A stretch of 61,706 nt of DNA from Patescibacteria group bacterium (GTDB lineage Bacteria > Patescibacteriota > Patescibacteriia > Buchananbacterales > GWA2-38-13). Within the stretch, counting starts at the first letter, position 1, and each line of letters starts with the position of its first letter. This document shows positions 8,116-17,343 of the stretch, one piece after another. The translations under genes and the position numbers were made by a program. The stretch spans positions 1 through 61,706 of the forward strand of contig JAQTQO010000004.1 in the NCBI GenBank assembly GCA_028712155.1, given 5' to 3'. The notes under the pieces are model-generated. The model saw only the letters and a program-made list of their open reading frames with translations, made no database searches and had not been told where the DNA came from.

Positions 8116-9939
8116 TTATTCTTCCTGACTGCGCTTGGCCCGCCGGCGGTCAATGGATGACAGTACGCGCTTACGCAGCCGGATATTCTTCGGGGTGACC
8201 TCCACCAATTCATCCTCGCCGATGTACTCGAGCGCTTCTTCGAGCGTCAGTATACGCGGCGCGTCCAGTTTCTCCGACACGCCCTCGCCGCGCGAACGCA
8301 TGTTGGACAACCGCTTGGTTTTACAGATGTTGACCTCGATGTCTTCATCGCGAGCATTCTGCCCGACAATCTGCCCGGCGTAAATCGGTTCCCCTGGCTT
8401 GATGAACAATTGTCCCCTCCCCTGTGCATTGAGCATGCCGTAGGTATTGGAGGTACCCGATTCCGTCGCCACCAGGGAACCGTGCGGGTTGCTCGTAATC
8501 GCACCCGGCCACGGACGGTAGTCGTCAAACAGCGTATTCATCACGCCGGTACCTTTGGTATCGGTCAGGAGTTCATTGCGATAACCGAACAAACCGTGCG
8601 TCGGGATAAGAAACTCCAAGTTCGCATGGTCGTTCTCGGTGCGCATATCTTTGAGCTCAGCTTTGCGCCGGCCCATTTTTTCCATCACCACACCGACATA
8701 TTTTTCCGGCACGTCGAGAAATAATTGTTCGAACGGCGCCAGGGTCACTCCTTTTTCCTCACGCAAGATCACTTCCGGCCGCGAGACGGCGAACTCGTAG
8801 CCTTCGCGGCGCATTTTTTCGATCAGGATTGCCAAATGGAGCTCACCCCGACCGGCCACCTGAAAAGTATCGGCTGACTTGGTTTCTTCCACGCGCAAGG
8901 CGACATCGGACTCCAGCTCGCGCCACAGCCGTTCCCGCAAATTACGCGAGGTGGAATACTGGCCTTCCTTGCCGGCAAACGGCGAGGTGTTCACGAGAAA
9001 ATTCATTTTTACCGTCGGCAGTTCGATTTGCAGCGGTGGCAGCGGCTGCGGATGCTCGGGATCGGTGATGGTTTCGCCGATGGTAAGGTCCGGCATACCC
9101 GCGATCGCCACGATGTCGCCGGCCTCCGCCGCTTCGGTCGGTATGCGCTCCAACCCGCGGAACGTCATTAGTGCGGTAACTTTTGCCGTGGCTGTGGTGC
9201 CATCGCGCTTGCAGTGCAGCACCGTATCACCGACCGCGATTTTGCCCTGGTACATCCGGCCGGTCGCGACTTTTCCGACATAATTATCGTACATGAGCGC
9301 CACCGCCATCAGCTGCAAGGGTTTGGCCGCATCTGCCGCCGGCGGCGGAATCTTTTCTACAATCGTATCGAACAGCGGCGTGATGTCCTGCATCTGCGCC
9401 AGATCCGGAGCGAGCCCGGCTTTCCCCTGCAGCGCCGAAGCGAACACGAGCGGAAAGTTTTGCTGCTGGTCGGATGCGCCCAGCTCCAAAAACAGCATGG
9501 CAACTTTGTCCATGGCCCAAGTAATTCGCGCGTTCGGTCGATCCACCTTATTGATGACCACGATGATCGTCAGTCCCAGCGCCAGCGCCTTTTTCAGCAC
9601 AAACAAGGTCTGCGGCATCGGACCTTCCTGGGCGTCCACCAGGAGCAACGCCCCGTCGGCCATTTTGAGCACCCGCTCCACTTCGCCGCCGAAATCCGCA
9701 TGACCGGGCGTATCAATGAGATTGATTTTATAATCTTTCCACACGATCGAGGCATTCTTGGAAAAAATGGTAATCCCCCGCTCCCGCTCCAGGTCGTTGG
9801 AATCCAAAATGCGCTCGCGGGAAGCGAGTTCGGTCGGCAGTTTGGTGTGCGACTGCCTAATCAGCGCGTCCACCAGCGTGGTTTTGCCGTGGTCGACGTG
9901 CGCAATAATGGCGATGTTACGGATTTTTTTGGGGTCCAT
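8116..9939 (-). CDS. typA: translational GTPase TypA/BipA
   Basis: AHVDHGKTT and DTPGHADF motifs, full-length 607 aa. Confidence 0.97.
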   Translation of the reverse strand: MDPKKIRNIAIIAHVDHGKTTLVDALIRQSHTKLPTELASRERILDSNDLERERGITIFSKNASIVWKDYKINLIDTPGHADFGGEVERVLKMADGALLLVDAQEGPMPQTLFVLKKALALGLTIIVVINKVDRPNARITWAMDKVAMLFLELGASDQQQNFPLVFASALQGKAGLAPDLAQMQDITPLFDTIVEKIPPPAADAAKPLQLMAVALMYDNYVGKVATGRMYQGKIAVGDTVLHCKRDGTTATAKVTALMTFRGLERIPTEAAEAGDIVAIAGMPDLTIGETITDPEHPQPLPPLQIELPTVKMNFLVNTSPFAGKEGQYSTSRNLRERLWRELESDVALRVEETKSADTFQVAGRGELHLAILIEKMRREGYEFAVSRPEVILREEKGVTLAPFEQLFLDVPEKYVGVVMEKMGRRKAELKDMRTENDHANLEFLIPTHGLFGYRNELLTDTKGTGVMNTLFDDYRPWPGAITSNPHGSLVATESGTSNTYGMLNAQGRGQLFIKPGEPIYAGQIVGQNARDEDIEVNICKTKRLSNMRSRGEGVSEKLDAPRILTLEEALEYIGEDELVEVTPKNIRLRKRVLSSIDRRRAKRSQEE

Positions 9940-10028
9940 GGAATAATCGTAGGCGCGGGTAAATAAAAAATCCCGCAGGAATACGCAAAACTATACCATA
10001 ACCGCCAGAAATTATCAACCGAGCTGCT

Positions 10029-10057
10029 TTGACAGGCCGTTACCCGGCCCCTAGGAT
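10029..10057 (+). promoter_or_regulatory. sigma70-like promoter of queA
   Basis: TTGACA-17 nt-TAGGAT (overlapping GATAAT). Very short leader, no SD. Confidence 0.55.
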
Positions 10058-10072
10058 AATATTCAACGAACT

Positions 10073-11107
10073 ATGCAGGCTATCCACCCCGGCAAATTTG
10101 ACTACGCGCTGCCGCCCGATTGCATTGCCCAGCAGCCGATCACTAATCGGGCCGCGTGCCGCCTGATGGTGGTGGATCGAATCCAACGTACCATCCGCCA
10201 CTGCCGATTTTCTGACTTGCCGGATTTACTTACCCCCGGCGACCTACTGGTTGCCAACGATACCAAAGTCATTCCGGCGCGGCTGTTCGGCAAACGGCAA
10301 ACGGGCGGAAAAATTGAAGCGCTGCTGGTCCGGCCGCTCGGCGGCCGCCGGTGGGAGGCGCTGCTAAAACCCTGGGCAAAAATTCACCCCGGCGAAACCC
10401 TGGCATTCGCGCCGGGTTTTTCGGTAAAAATTTTGGATAAAACAGTCTCAGGACTGGTGACGATAAAATTCCTCGGCATGCGATCAGTCGAGCGCGCGCT
10501 TTCGCGCTTCGGCCACGTGCCATTGCCGCCCTACATCCGCCGGCCCGATCGCGCTGCCGACAGAAAAAACTACCAGACCGTATTCGCCAAAAATCCCGGC
10601 GCAGTCGCGGCACCCACCGCGGGGCTGCACTTCACCCCGCGGCTGCTGGCAGAACTGCGGCGCCGCGGCGTCACCCGCACCGCCGTTACCCTCCATGTCG
10701 GCCTCGGCACTTTCCAGCCGCTCCGCGCAGAGCAGTTGGCAAGCGGCAGACTGCACGCCGAGCATTACCGCATTCCAGCAGACGCGGCGCAGGCGATCAA
10801 AAAAACACAACAACACGGCGGCCGTATTGTGGCGGTCGGTACCACGGTGGTCCGGACCCTGGAGCACGCGGCGCGACGGGCCGGTCGGGTGCGAACCGGC
10901 GCGGGAGAAACCACGCTCTTCATCACGCCGGGATTCAGATTCCGCGCCGTCGACGCCCTGGTGACGAATTTTCATCTTCCGCAATCAAGCCTTTTGATGC
11001 TGGTGTGCGCGTTCGGTGGAACCGATCTGATACTACGCGCCTACCGCGAGGCGATTTCCAAAAAATACCGCTTCTACTCCTACGGCGACGCGATGCTGGT
11101 CGTATAG
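10073..11107 (+). CDS. queA: S-adenosylmethionine:tRNA ribosyltransferase-isomerase
   Basis: FDYALP, VPLPPYI, TAGLHFT and FYSYGDAML motifs. Confidence 0.97.
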   Translation: MQAIHPGKFDYALPPDCIAQQPITNRAACRLMVVDRIQRTIRHCRFSDLPDLLTPGDLLVANDTKVIPARLFGKRQTGGKIEALLVRPLGGRRWEALLKPWAKIHPGETLAFAPGFSVKILDKTVSGLVTIKFLGMRSVERALSRFGHVPLPPYIRRPDRAADRKNYQTVFAKNPGAVAAPTAGLHFTPRLLAELRRRGVTRTAVTLHVGLGTFQPLRAEQLASGRLHAEHYRIPADAAQAIKKTQQHGGRIVAVGTTVVRTLEHAARRAGRVRTGAGETTLFITPGFRFRAVDALVTNFHLPQSSLLMLVCAFGGTDLILRAYREAISKKYRFYSYGDAMLVV

Positions 11108-11181
11108 GCGGTACAAGGTACTAACCCGCCTTCAGCCCGCGAGCAAGAACAATGGCACACCACGGTGTGACGGCGCGGTCT

Positions 11182-11287
11182 ACCCCGTTAGACAATGGGC
11201 GAGCGGGTCACTAGCGGTTTGAGTTGCTCACCCTACTGGAATGGAGCAATACATAAAAAACGGGGTTTGACTATTGTCTAACGGGGT
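11182..11287. repeat. 15-bp perfect inverted repeat flanking 76 bp
   Basis: ACCCCGTTAGACAAT (11182-11196) and ATTGTCTAACGGGGT (11273-11287). Confidence 0.7.
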
Positions 11288-11398
11288 CTACCGCCTACGG
11301 CTCACCTTGCCGATAAGCATGATTTTATTTTCGGCTTACGGCGGGTTATTTCCCGCTCACCTCGCTGGCGGTCGCAAGCTCCCTTGCTACGGTGGCGG

Positions 11399-11435
11399 AA
11401 AATAAAAAACACTCGGCTCCACGGGAGAGCCGAGT
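11399..11435 (-). terminator. intrinsic terminator
   Basis: ACTCGGCTC/GAGCCGAGT stem. A T-rich run follows on the minus strand. Confidence 0.65.
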
Positions 11436-11469
11436 TGGGAAAGAACACGGGTAGGTCGAAGATCGAGGT

Positions 11470-12393
11470 TCAGCCGGCCAGCGCGAGTTCGCCGGTTCCC
11501 TTGGTGCTGAGCACCGTGTGCACGGCGTAGCAGCCCGCCAAACCGAGATCGCCGAGAGTGCGCTCGACCGAGCCCCGCAAGTGCCGGAGCACGCTGTGGT
11601 ACTGCTCGCGCCGAGCAGGCTTTTGGGGATCCTGGGCGATCGAAACGGCCACGTACGGGTCGGCCACCTGGCGTCTGCCGATGACGCTCGTCGCGATGCC
11701 GAGAGCTTCCGGCAAATGCTCCATGCGGTTGGAGATGGAGAAATGCGTGGCCGCGCCCGGCACGCCCGAACCGACGACGATGCCGTCTTCGATGTGGCGG
11801 TCGAACCGCTCCGGCCCGCGCAAGTAGGCCAGGTTCCCCTGCAGGAACAGGGACAGATCATGGACGATATCCGTGTTCTGGAACCCGGCGTTCCGCAGGA
11901 GACTCTCGCAGTACGCGTCGCCGATCGGGACGTCGGCCGAACCGTCGAGCGTGGTGATGTCACGCTCTCCCATGATGGTGATCGCGCCGGTCGTGACGTT
12001 CAGAGAAACCCACACGGGGTACGTGTTCAGGAGCCGCGCGCAGTTCCGGCGGAAGCTCTTCCAGACGTCCTCCTCTTTGAGTCCGCGCAGCTCGCGGTAG
12101 GCGCAGTCGGTGTGCGTCAGGCACACCGCCAGCTGGCGCATGCCCAGCCGGGTGGCGCGCGCCGCGTCATGGCCGAACCGATACTGGAACGCCTGCGCGT
12201 TGCGGTTGTCAACGAGAGCCGCGAGGATGCGGTGCCATTTGTAGGGACTCGGCCCGCACACCCACTCGCCGCACCGTCCGTCCATGCACGACACAACGTG
12301 CCCGAACATTCGGAACCTCGGCATGGCCGCCGTCTGGGTGGCGGCCGTACGCGTCAGCTGCTGGAGCTGAGCAAACCACGAACTCTGGGTCAT
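11470..12393 (-). CDS. hypothetical protein with a beta-carbonic-anhydrase-like Cys-x-Asp-x-Arg ... His-x-x-Cys signature
   Basis: ATG 12393 has SD GGAGGTG 7 nt upstream. The track start at 12528 is an unsupported extension. Motifs: SCMDGRC and THTDC, 58 residues apart. Confidence 0.6.
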   Translation of the reverse strand: MTQSSWFAQLQQLTRTAATQTAAMPRFRMFGHVVSCMDGRCGEWVCGPSPYKWHRILAALVDNRNAQAFQYRFGHDAARATRLGMRQLAVCLTHTDCAYRELRGLKEEDVWKSFRRNCARLLNTYPVWVSLNVTTGAITIMGERDITTLDGSADVPIGDAYCESLLRNAGFQNTDIVHDLSLFLQGNLAYLRGPERFDRHIEDGIVVGSGVPGAATHFSISNRMEHLPEALGIATSVIGRRQVADPYVAVSIAQDPQKPARREQYHSVLRHLRGSVERTLGDLGLAGCYAVHTVLSTKGTGELALAG

Positions 12394-12583
12394 GGTGGTC
12401 CACCTCCAAAAACCCTGGGTCAAAGGACATGCAGAAAACCAATAAGCGGCCAGTATACCAAAAAAAATGGAAATGTCAATACCCAAAAACCTCAGGCAAC
12501 AACAGCCGCGTTTGCGCCGGCGGTGCAAGAACCCCGCGTTTCTGCTATACTAAAAAACAGCTACTCCACTCACCTCACCCCCC

Positions 12584-13645
12584 ATGCGCATGCCCGGCCT
12601 GCAAACCACCTTTTTCTTCGGCCTGTTGATCATCACGTTCGCTTTGGTGGTACGGCTGGCGCAGCCGTATCTACCCGCACTCGTACTGGCGGGAACCCTG
12701 GCGATAATTTTTTGGCCCATCCACCGGCGCATTCGGGCGATCATCAGCCACCGGGTCCTGGCGGCATTTGTCTCAATGGTTCTCGTGCTCGCTGGCGTGC
12801 TGCTGCCATTCATTGCTTTGACCGCGGTGGCGGTAATTGAAGCGCAGCAGCTGATTGAGATCCTTTCGCACGGTGAACTATTCAATCATTCTCTCAGCCA
12901 AATCTCCGGCGCCATTCAATCGGTGCTGGGGGAGCTCAGCCCTTCATTTCGGTTCGAATCGCTCAATGTTGATGAATCGCTCCGGCAGATTCTTAACTTT
13001 TTCATCGCGCATGCCGGCACGGTTCTGTCGGGCATTGCCGGGACGCTCTTACAGCTGATTGTCTTTCTCTATGCGCTCTACTATTTCTTCAAGGAAGGAG
13101 AGCATCTACCTAATCTGTACCTGCGCTTGAGTCCCCTGCCGGATCTCTACGACAAAAAAATCGTCGAACGGGTGCACACCATGGTGACCTCGGTGATCCA
13201 GGGTTCGGTGCTGCTGGCAACCATCCAGGGCGTGCTCACCGGACTCGGCTTTGCGATGTTTGGAATTCCCGCCCCGGTCCTCTGGGGCATGGTGACGATT
13301 CCAATTTCATTCGTCCCTTGGTTTGGCACAGCCATCACCATTGTGCCGGCCATCTTCTACTTACTGATTTCCGGCCACATGGGCGCCGCTATCGGATTGA
13401 CGCTGTGGGGCGGGATCGTGGTGGGCTTCATCGATAATCTTCTCAACCCCACCGTGATCGGTTCGCGCGCCAAAGTCAACCCGCTCCTGGTGCTCATCTC
13501 CGTACTCGGCGGCCTGCAAGTATTCGGACCGATGGGTTTTCTGACCGGCCCGATCGTGCTGAGCATTTTTTTGGCGCTGCTCGAAATCTACCAGCAGGCG
13601 TTCCGGGGCACCTATCTGAAAATGCCGCCGGCGGGAGATCGATGA
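12584..13645 (+). CDS. AI-2E family transporter (PerM/UPF0118)
   Basis: 353 aa, about 8 TM helices, characteristic C-terminal GP.G...GP pattern. Confidence 0.8.
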   Translation: MRMPGLQTTFFFGLLIITFALVVRLAQPYLPALVLAGTLAIIFWPIHRRIRAIISHRVLAAFVSMVLVLAGVLLPFIALTAVAVIEAQQLIEILSHGELFNHSLSQISGAIQSVLGELSPSFRFESLNVDESLRQILNFFIAHAGTVLSGIAGTLLQLIVFLYALYYFFKEGEHLPNLYLRLSPLPDLYDKKIVERVHTMVTSVIQGSVLLATIQGVLTGLGFAMFGIPAPVLWGMVTIPISFVPWFGTAITIVPAIFYLLISGHMGAAIGLTLWGGIVVGFIDNLLNPTVIGSRAKVNPLLVLISVLGGLQVFGPMGFLTGPIVLSIFLALLEIYQQAFRGTYLKMPPAGDR

Positions 13646-13691
13646 GTTCCAGAGTCGCGGCGGACCGACCTGCGGGTGCGGTTTTTCCCTT

Positions 13692-14555
13692 ATGCGCAGT
13701 TTCCGGATAAAAAAAGCGACGCACTGGCATGAGCTGTTTCAGCCTGAAAAAATCTTTCGCTCACTCGAACGCGCCGGCGCCGGCAAAGAATTAGCGACGG
13801 CCGTCCTCGGCCGTTTGGAAAATAAGCTCACCCGTGGAACCAGCACCGCGGATATCGCCACGCGGGTTTCTTTGGAACTTGACCGGCTCGATCGCCGGGT
13901 GGCTGCGCGCTACCGCCTGCGACGGGCAATTATGGAATTGGGGCCGGAGGGTTATCCGTTTGAAAAGTACGTCGGGAAAATTTTTTCGCATTACGGCTAT
14001 GCCGTCAAAATCAGCCAGCACATTCCCGGCCGCTGCATCAGCCATGAAGTGGACGTCGACGCACAGAAAGACGGCCGGCGGCTGATGATCGAATGCAAAT
14101 ACCATAACCGCCGCGGCGTGCAATCGGACGCAAAAGTCGCCCTGTACACGTGGGCGCGGTTTGAAGATATTCGCGACCGCGGCGCGGTCGTGCACGGCGG
14201 TGGCACCACATTCGACGAAGGATGGCTGGTGACCAACACAAAAGTCACCAGTGACGCACTGGCGTTCTCCCGCTGCGTCGGACTCAAAGTACTCGGCTGG
14301 GACGAACCGCAGCAACGGGGATTGCAGTGGATCATCGAATCGGCCAACCTGTATCCAATCACCTGCCTGCCGGGGCTGAACGCTTGGCAACGGCGATCGC
14401 TGCTGCAGCACGACCTCCTGCTTTGCCATGAAGTCATTGCGCAATCGGCCCGACTTTCTCAGATTGGATTTTCCACGGCGGCGGCCGCACAGCTCGTAAT
14501 TGCCGCCCGGCAGGTGGTCGGCGCTGAAGCGCCTGCGAATCTGCCGACGCTCTGA
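13692..14555 (+). CDS. ATP-cone domain fused to a Mrr-like (PD-(D/E)xK) restriction endonuclease domain
   Basis: The N-terminus resembles the NrdR/RNR ATP-cone. HEVDVDA...IECKYH is the nuclease core. Confidence 0.75.
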   Translation: MRSFRIKKATHWHELFQPEKIFRSLERAGAGKELATAVLGRLENKLTRGTSTADIATRVSLELDRLDRRVAARYRLRRAIMELGPEGYPFEKYVGKIFSHYGYAVKISQHIPGRCISHEVDVDAQKDGRRLMIECKYHNRRGVQSDAKVALYTWARFEDIRDRGAVVHGGGTTFDEGWLVTNTKVTSDALAFSRCVGLKVLGWDEPQQRGLQWIIESANLYPITCLPGLNAWQRRSLLQHDLLLCHEVIAQSARLSQIGFSTAAAAQLVIAARQVVGAEAPANLPTL

Positions 14556-14557
14556 AC

Positions 14558-15370
14558 ATGAAGTCCCCTCCGCGCGTTCCGAACCGATACATTTTTCCGC
14601 TACTATTCTTTACCGCCGGCCTGGTCGTCGGCGTTTTGCTTGCGCGGACTCCGAAAAATCAACCGCGAAACGCGGATACGCCGCTGCCGTCCCCTGCTCC
14701 GACGACAACTGCCGCCACGACCACCGTGAACGAAAATTCTGACAATCCAGACACCGCGGATGCGGTCATTACGGTCGCGCGCGTAATTGACGGCGACACC
14801 ATTGAACTTTCCGACGGCAGCCGCGTCCGCTATATCGGGATTAATACTCCTGAGCTCAAGCACGGCGGAACCGCCGAAGAATGCTTCGCGATTGAAGCAA
14901 AAGCGGCGAACGAAAAACTGGTACTCAACAAATCCGTGCGGCTGGAACGCGATGTTTCCGAAACCGACCGCTACGGGCGGCTATTGCGGTACATCTACGT
15001 CGGCAATACCTTTGTGAACCTCGCGCTGGTTGCCGATGGTTTTGCTTATGCCTCGCCGTACCCGCCCGATGTCGCCCACAACGACGACTTGCGCGCGGCC
15101 ATGGTTACGGCGCGCGAACAGGGCAAAGGATTATGGAGTGGTTGCCCCACCTCCGGTACCACTGCCTCCACTCCTTCCGCTCCAGCACCGGCACCGGAAG
15201 GTTGCGCGATTAAGGGCAACATCAACGCGAAAGGAGAAAAAATCTACCACCTGCCCGGCTGCGGTTCGTATTCTAAAACCTTTATTGATGAAACCCAGGG
15301 CGAGCAATGGTTTTGCACCGAAGCCGAAGCAACCGCCGCAGGTTTTCGGAAAGCAGGAAATTGCCCCTAA
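14558..15370 (+). CDS. membrane-anchored thermonuclease (SNase) with C-terminal sunset domain
   Basis: VIDGDTIEL...[17 protein letters not shown]-terminal KIYHLPGC...FC. Confidence 0.85.
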   Translation: MKSPPRVPNRYIFPLLFFTAGLVVGVLLARTPKNQPRNADTPLPSPAPTTTAATTTVNENSDNPDTADAVITVARVIDGDTIELSDGSRVRYIGINTPELKHGGTAEECFAIEAKAANEKLVLNKSVRLERDVSETDRYGRLLRYIYVGNTFVNLALVADGFAYASPYPPDVAHNDDLRAAMVTAREQGKGLWSGCPTSGTTASTPSAPAPAPEGCAIKGNINAKGEKIYHLPGCGSYSKTFIDETQGEQWFCTEAEATAAGFRKAGNCP

Positions 15371-15445
15371 GAGCTTTGCCACCCTTGACGGCAAAGGTGG
15401 GAGAGAATATTTGTAATCTGATGTGACGAATAGTACTGTATAGGC

Positions 15446-16012
15446 ATGACCCCGAAACGAAAACATCGTTTTCAAGAAGTTGCGGCCAGCCGTCAACTTG
15501 ATTTGACGGTCGTTTTGGAAAACATTTGGGATCCGCACAATGTGGCCGCCATCTTGCGTTCCTGCGATGCCGTCGGCATCCAAGAAATCAACTTGGTTTA
15601 CAACATTGATAAATTCCCCGGCATCGGAACCAAGGCTGCGGCCGGCGTAAAAAAATGGCTGACGTTCAAACGCTATAAATCCATTGCCGCGTGCTACCGC
15701 GCGCTGCGCCGCCGTAAATTTTCCATTTACGCCAGCACCCTGCAGTCCGGTTCGCGCGACTTGTACCGGCTGAATTTCAAAAAACCAACCGCCCTGGTGT
15801 TTGGCAACGAGCATCGCGGCGCCAGCGCCGACGCCGTTCGGCTGGCCGACGCAGCGTTCCGCATCCCGCAGGTCGGCTTTGCCCAAAGTCTGAACGTCTC
15901 AGTCGCCGCTGCCGTCAGTTTGTACGAAGCCTTCCGCCAACGACGGAAGCTGAATAAAAAAATCAGCAAGCAGAATCGAGAAAAACTGCTGAGGAATTGG
16001 AACAGAAAATAA
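15446..16012 (+). CDS. SpoU/TrmH-family RNA 2'-O-methyltransferase
   Basis: HNVAAILRSCDAVG, VFGNEHRGAS and SLNVSVAAAV motifs. Confidence 0.8.
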   Translation: MTPKRKHRFQEVAASRQLDLTVVLENIWDPHNVAAILRSCDAVGIQEINLVYNIDKFPGIGTKAAAGVKKWLTFKRYKSIAACYRALRRRKFSIYASTLQSGSRDLYRLNFKKPTALVFGNEHRGASADAVRLADAAFRIPQVGFAQSLNVSVAAAVSLYEAFRQRRKLNKKISKQNREKLLRNWNRK

Positions 16013-16090
16013 AAAAATTTTTGGCAGCCGCAGAGATGGGCCGCATTTTTTGTCCATAAAACATACTACTATTTTTGCGATACTATCATA

Positions 16091-16119
16091 TTTTGCATTC
16101 AACGCGCCGGTGGTATAAT
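16091..16119 (+). promoter_or_regulatory. extended -10 promoter, leaderless-type
   Basis: TGgTATAAT ends 8 nt before ATG 16128. No SD. Confidence 0.5.
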
Positions 16120-16127
16120 ACTTTCTC

Positions 16128-17342
16128 ATGCGCAAACCAGTCCTCACCATTACCCTACTCATTCTTGCTGCGGCAGGCGTGTCTGCAGCGGTGTTGTTCA
16201 TGCGCAAACCGCCTACCGCTGGCAATCGAGCCGTTCCCGCAGTTTCGCCCACCCCGATCCCCGACATCATTCATGCCTATACTATCCAAGCCGGCGACAC
16301 CTTTGGTATTTTAGCCGAACAAGCTGGTCTGCCGGCAACCACGACGCAAGCGATTCTCGCGGCCGCCGAAGACATCCATACACTGACCAGTATTACCGCG
16401 GGCAAGCCAATCCGCTTCATCTTTGACCCATCAGGCAGCCAACTGAAGTCCGTTGAATACGAAATTTCCACGGAGAATTTTTTGCGGGTGACGCGCGACC
16501 AGGCGGCATGGCATGCGGAAAAGCTGCCCATCGACTACACCGTCAAACAAGCCACCGCCGACGGAAACATTTCCTCGTCATTGTACGAAACCATGGTGGA
16601 GAAGGGATACGACGACCGGCTGGCAATTGCCCTGGCCGAAGTCTTCGCCTGGCAGGTCGATTTTGCCGTCGACGTTCGGACCGGTGACACCTTTTCCGTC
16701 CTCTACGAACAACGCTACCGCGATGGCAAATACGTAATGCCGGCCAACATCCTGAAAGCCACGTTCACCAATGCCGGCCAAACCTATACGGCCTACTACT
16801 TTGCGAGCGGCACGACGACCGACGGCTACTTCGACGCCCAGGGCAATTCCGTCCTGCGGATGTTCCTCAAATCGCCCCTCGCCTATCGCTACATCAGTTC
16901 GGGGTACACCGGCGCGCGGCGCGATCCGATTTCAAAAGTAATGACCGCGCACTACGCCATTGACTACGCGGCCAGTTCCGGGACGCCGGTGGTGACCGTC
17001 GGCGACGGCACCGTCACGCAAGCCGGTTGGAACGACGGCTACGGTATTTCGGTCACGGTCCGCCACAATGAAACCTACACCACGCGGTACGGCCACTTCT
17101 CGCGACTTGCCAAAGGCATCCGCGCCGGCGCCAAAGTGCAGCAAAACCAGGTTATCGGCTACGTGGGCTCTACCGGGCACTCCACCGGCCCGCACCTTCA
17201 CTACGAAATGTTTAAGCGCGGAGCCAAGGTCAACCCCTTCACGGTGGATATTCCGGCCGGGAAAGCCGTTCCGGAAAATCTGCGGGAAGTATTTCAGACC
17301 GAAGTTTCCCGTTTAGATGCACTCTTTACCGCTGCGCAGTAA
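16128..17342 (+). CDS. M23 family metallopeptidase with LysM domain
   Basis: LysM YTIQAGDTFGILA; HxxxD and HLHYEM motifs. Confidence 0.9.
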   Translation: MRKPVLTITLLILAAAGVSAAVLFMRKPPTAGNRAVPAVSPTPIPDIIHAYTIQAGDTFGILAEQAGLPATTTQAILAAAEDIHTLTSITAGKPIRFIFDPSGSQLKSVEYEISTENFLRVTRDQAAWHAEKLPIDYTVKQATADGNISSSLYETMVEKGYDDRLAIALAEVFAWQVDFAVDVRTGDTFSVLYEQRYRDGKYVMPANILKATFTNAGQTYTAYYFASGTTTDGYFDAQGNSVLRMFLKSPLAYRYISSGYTGARRDPISKVMTAHYAIDYAASSGTPVVTVGDGTVTQAGWNDGYGISVTVRHNETYTTRYGHFSRLAKGIRAGAKVQQNQVIGYVGSTGHSTGPHLHYEMFKRGAKVNPFTVDIPAGKAVPENLREVFQTEVSRLDALFTAAQ

Positions 17343-17343
17343 T

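Noticed and set aside
12394-12528. N-terminal extension of ORF 11470-12528
   Set aside because: There is no SD at 12528, whereas ATG 12393 is preceded by GGAGGTG at ideal spacing. The extension is Cys/Arg-rich with no membrane or signal logic.
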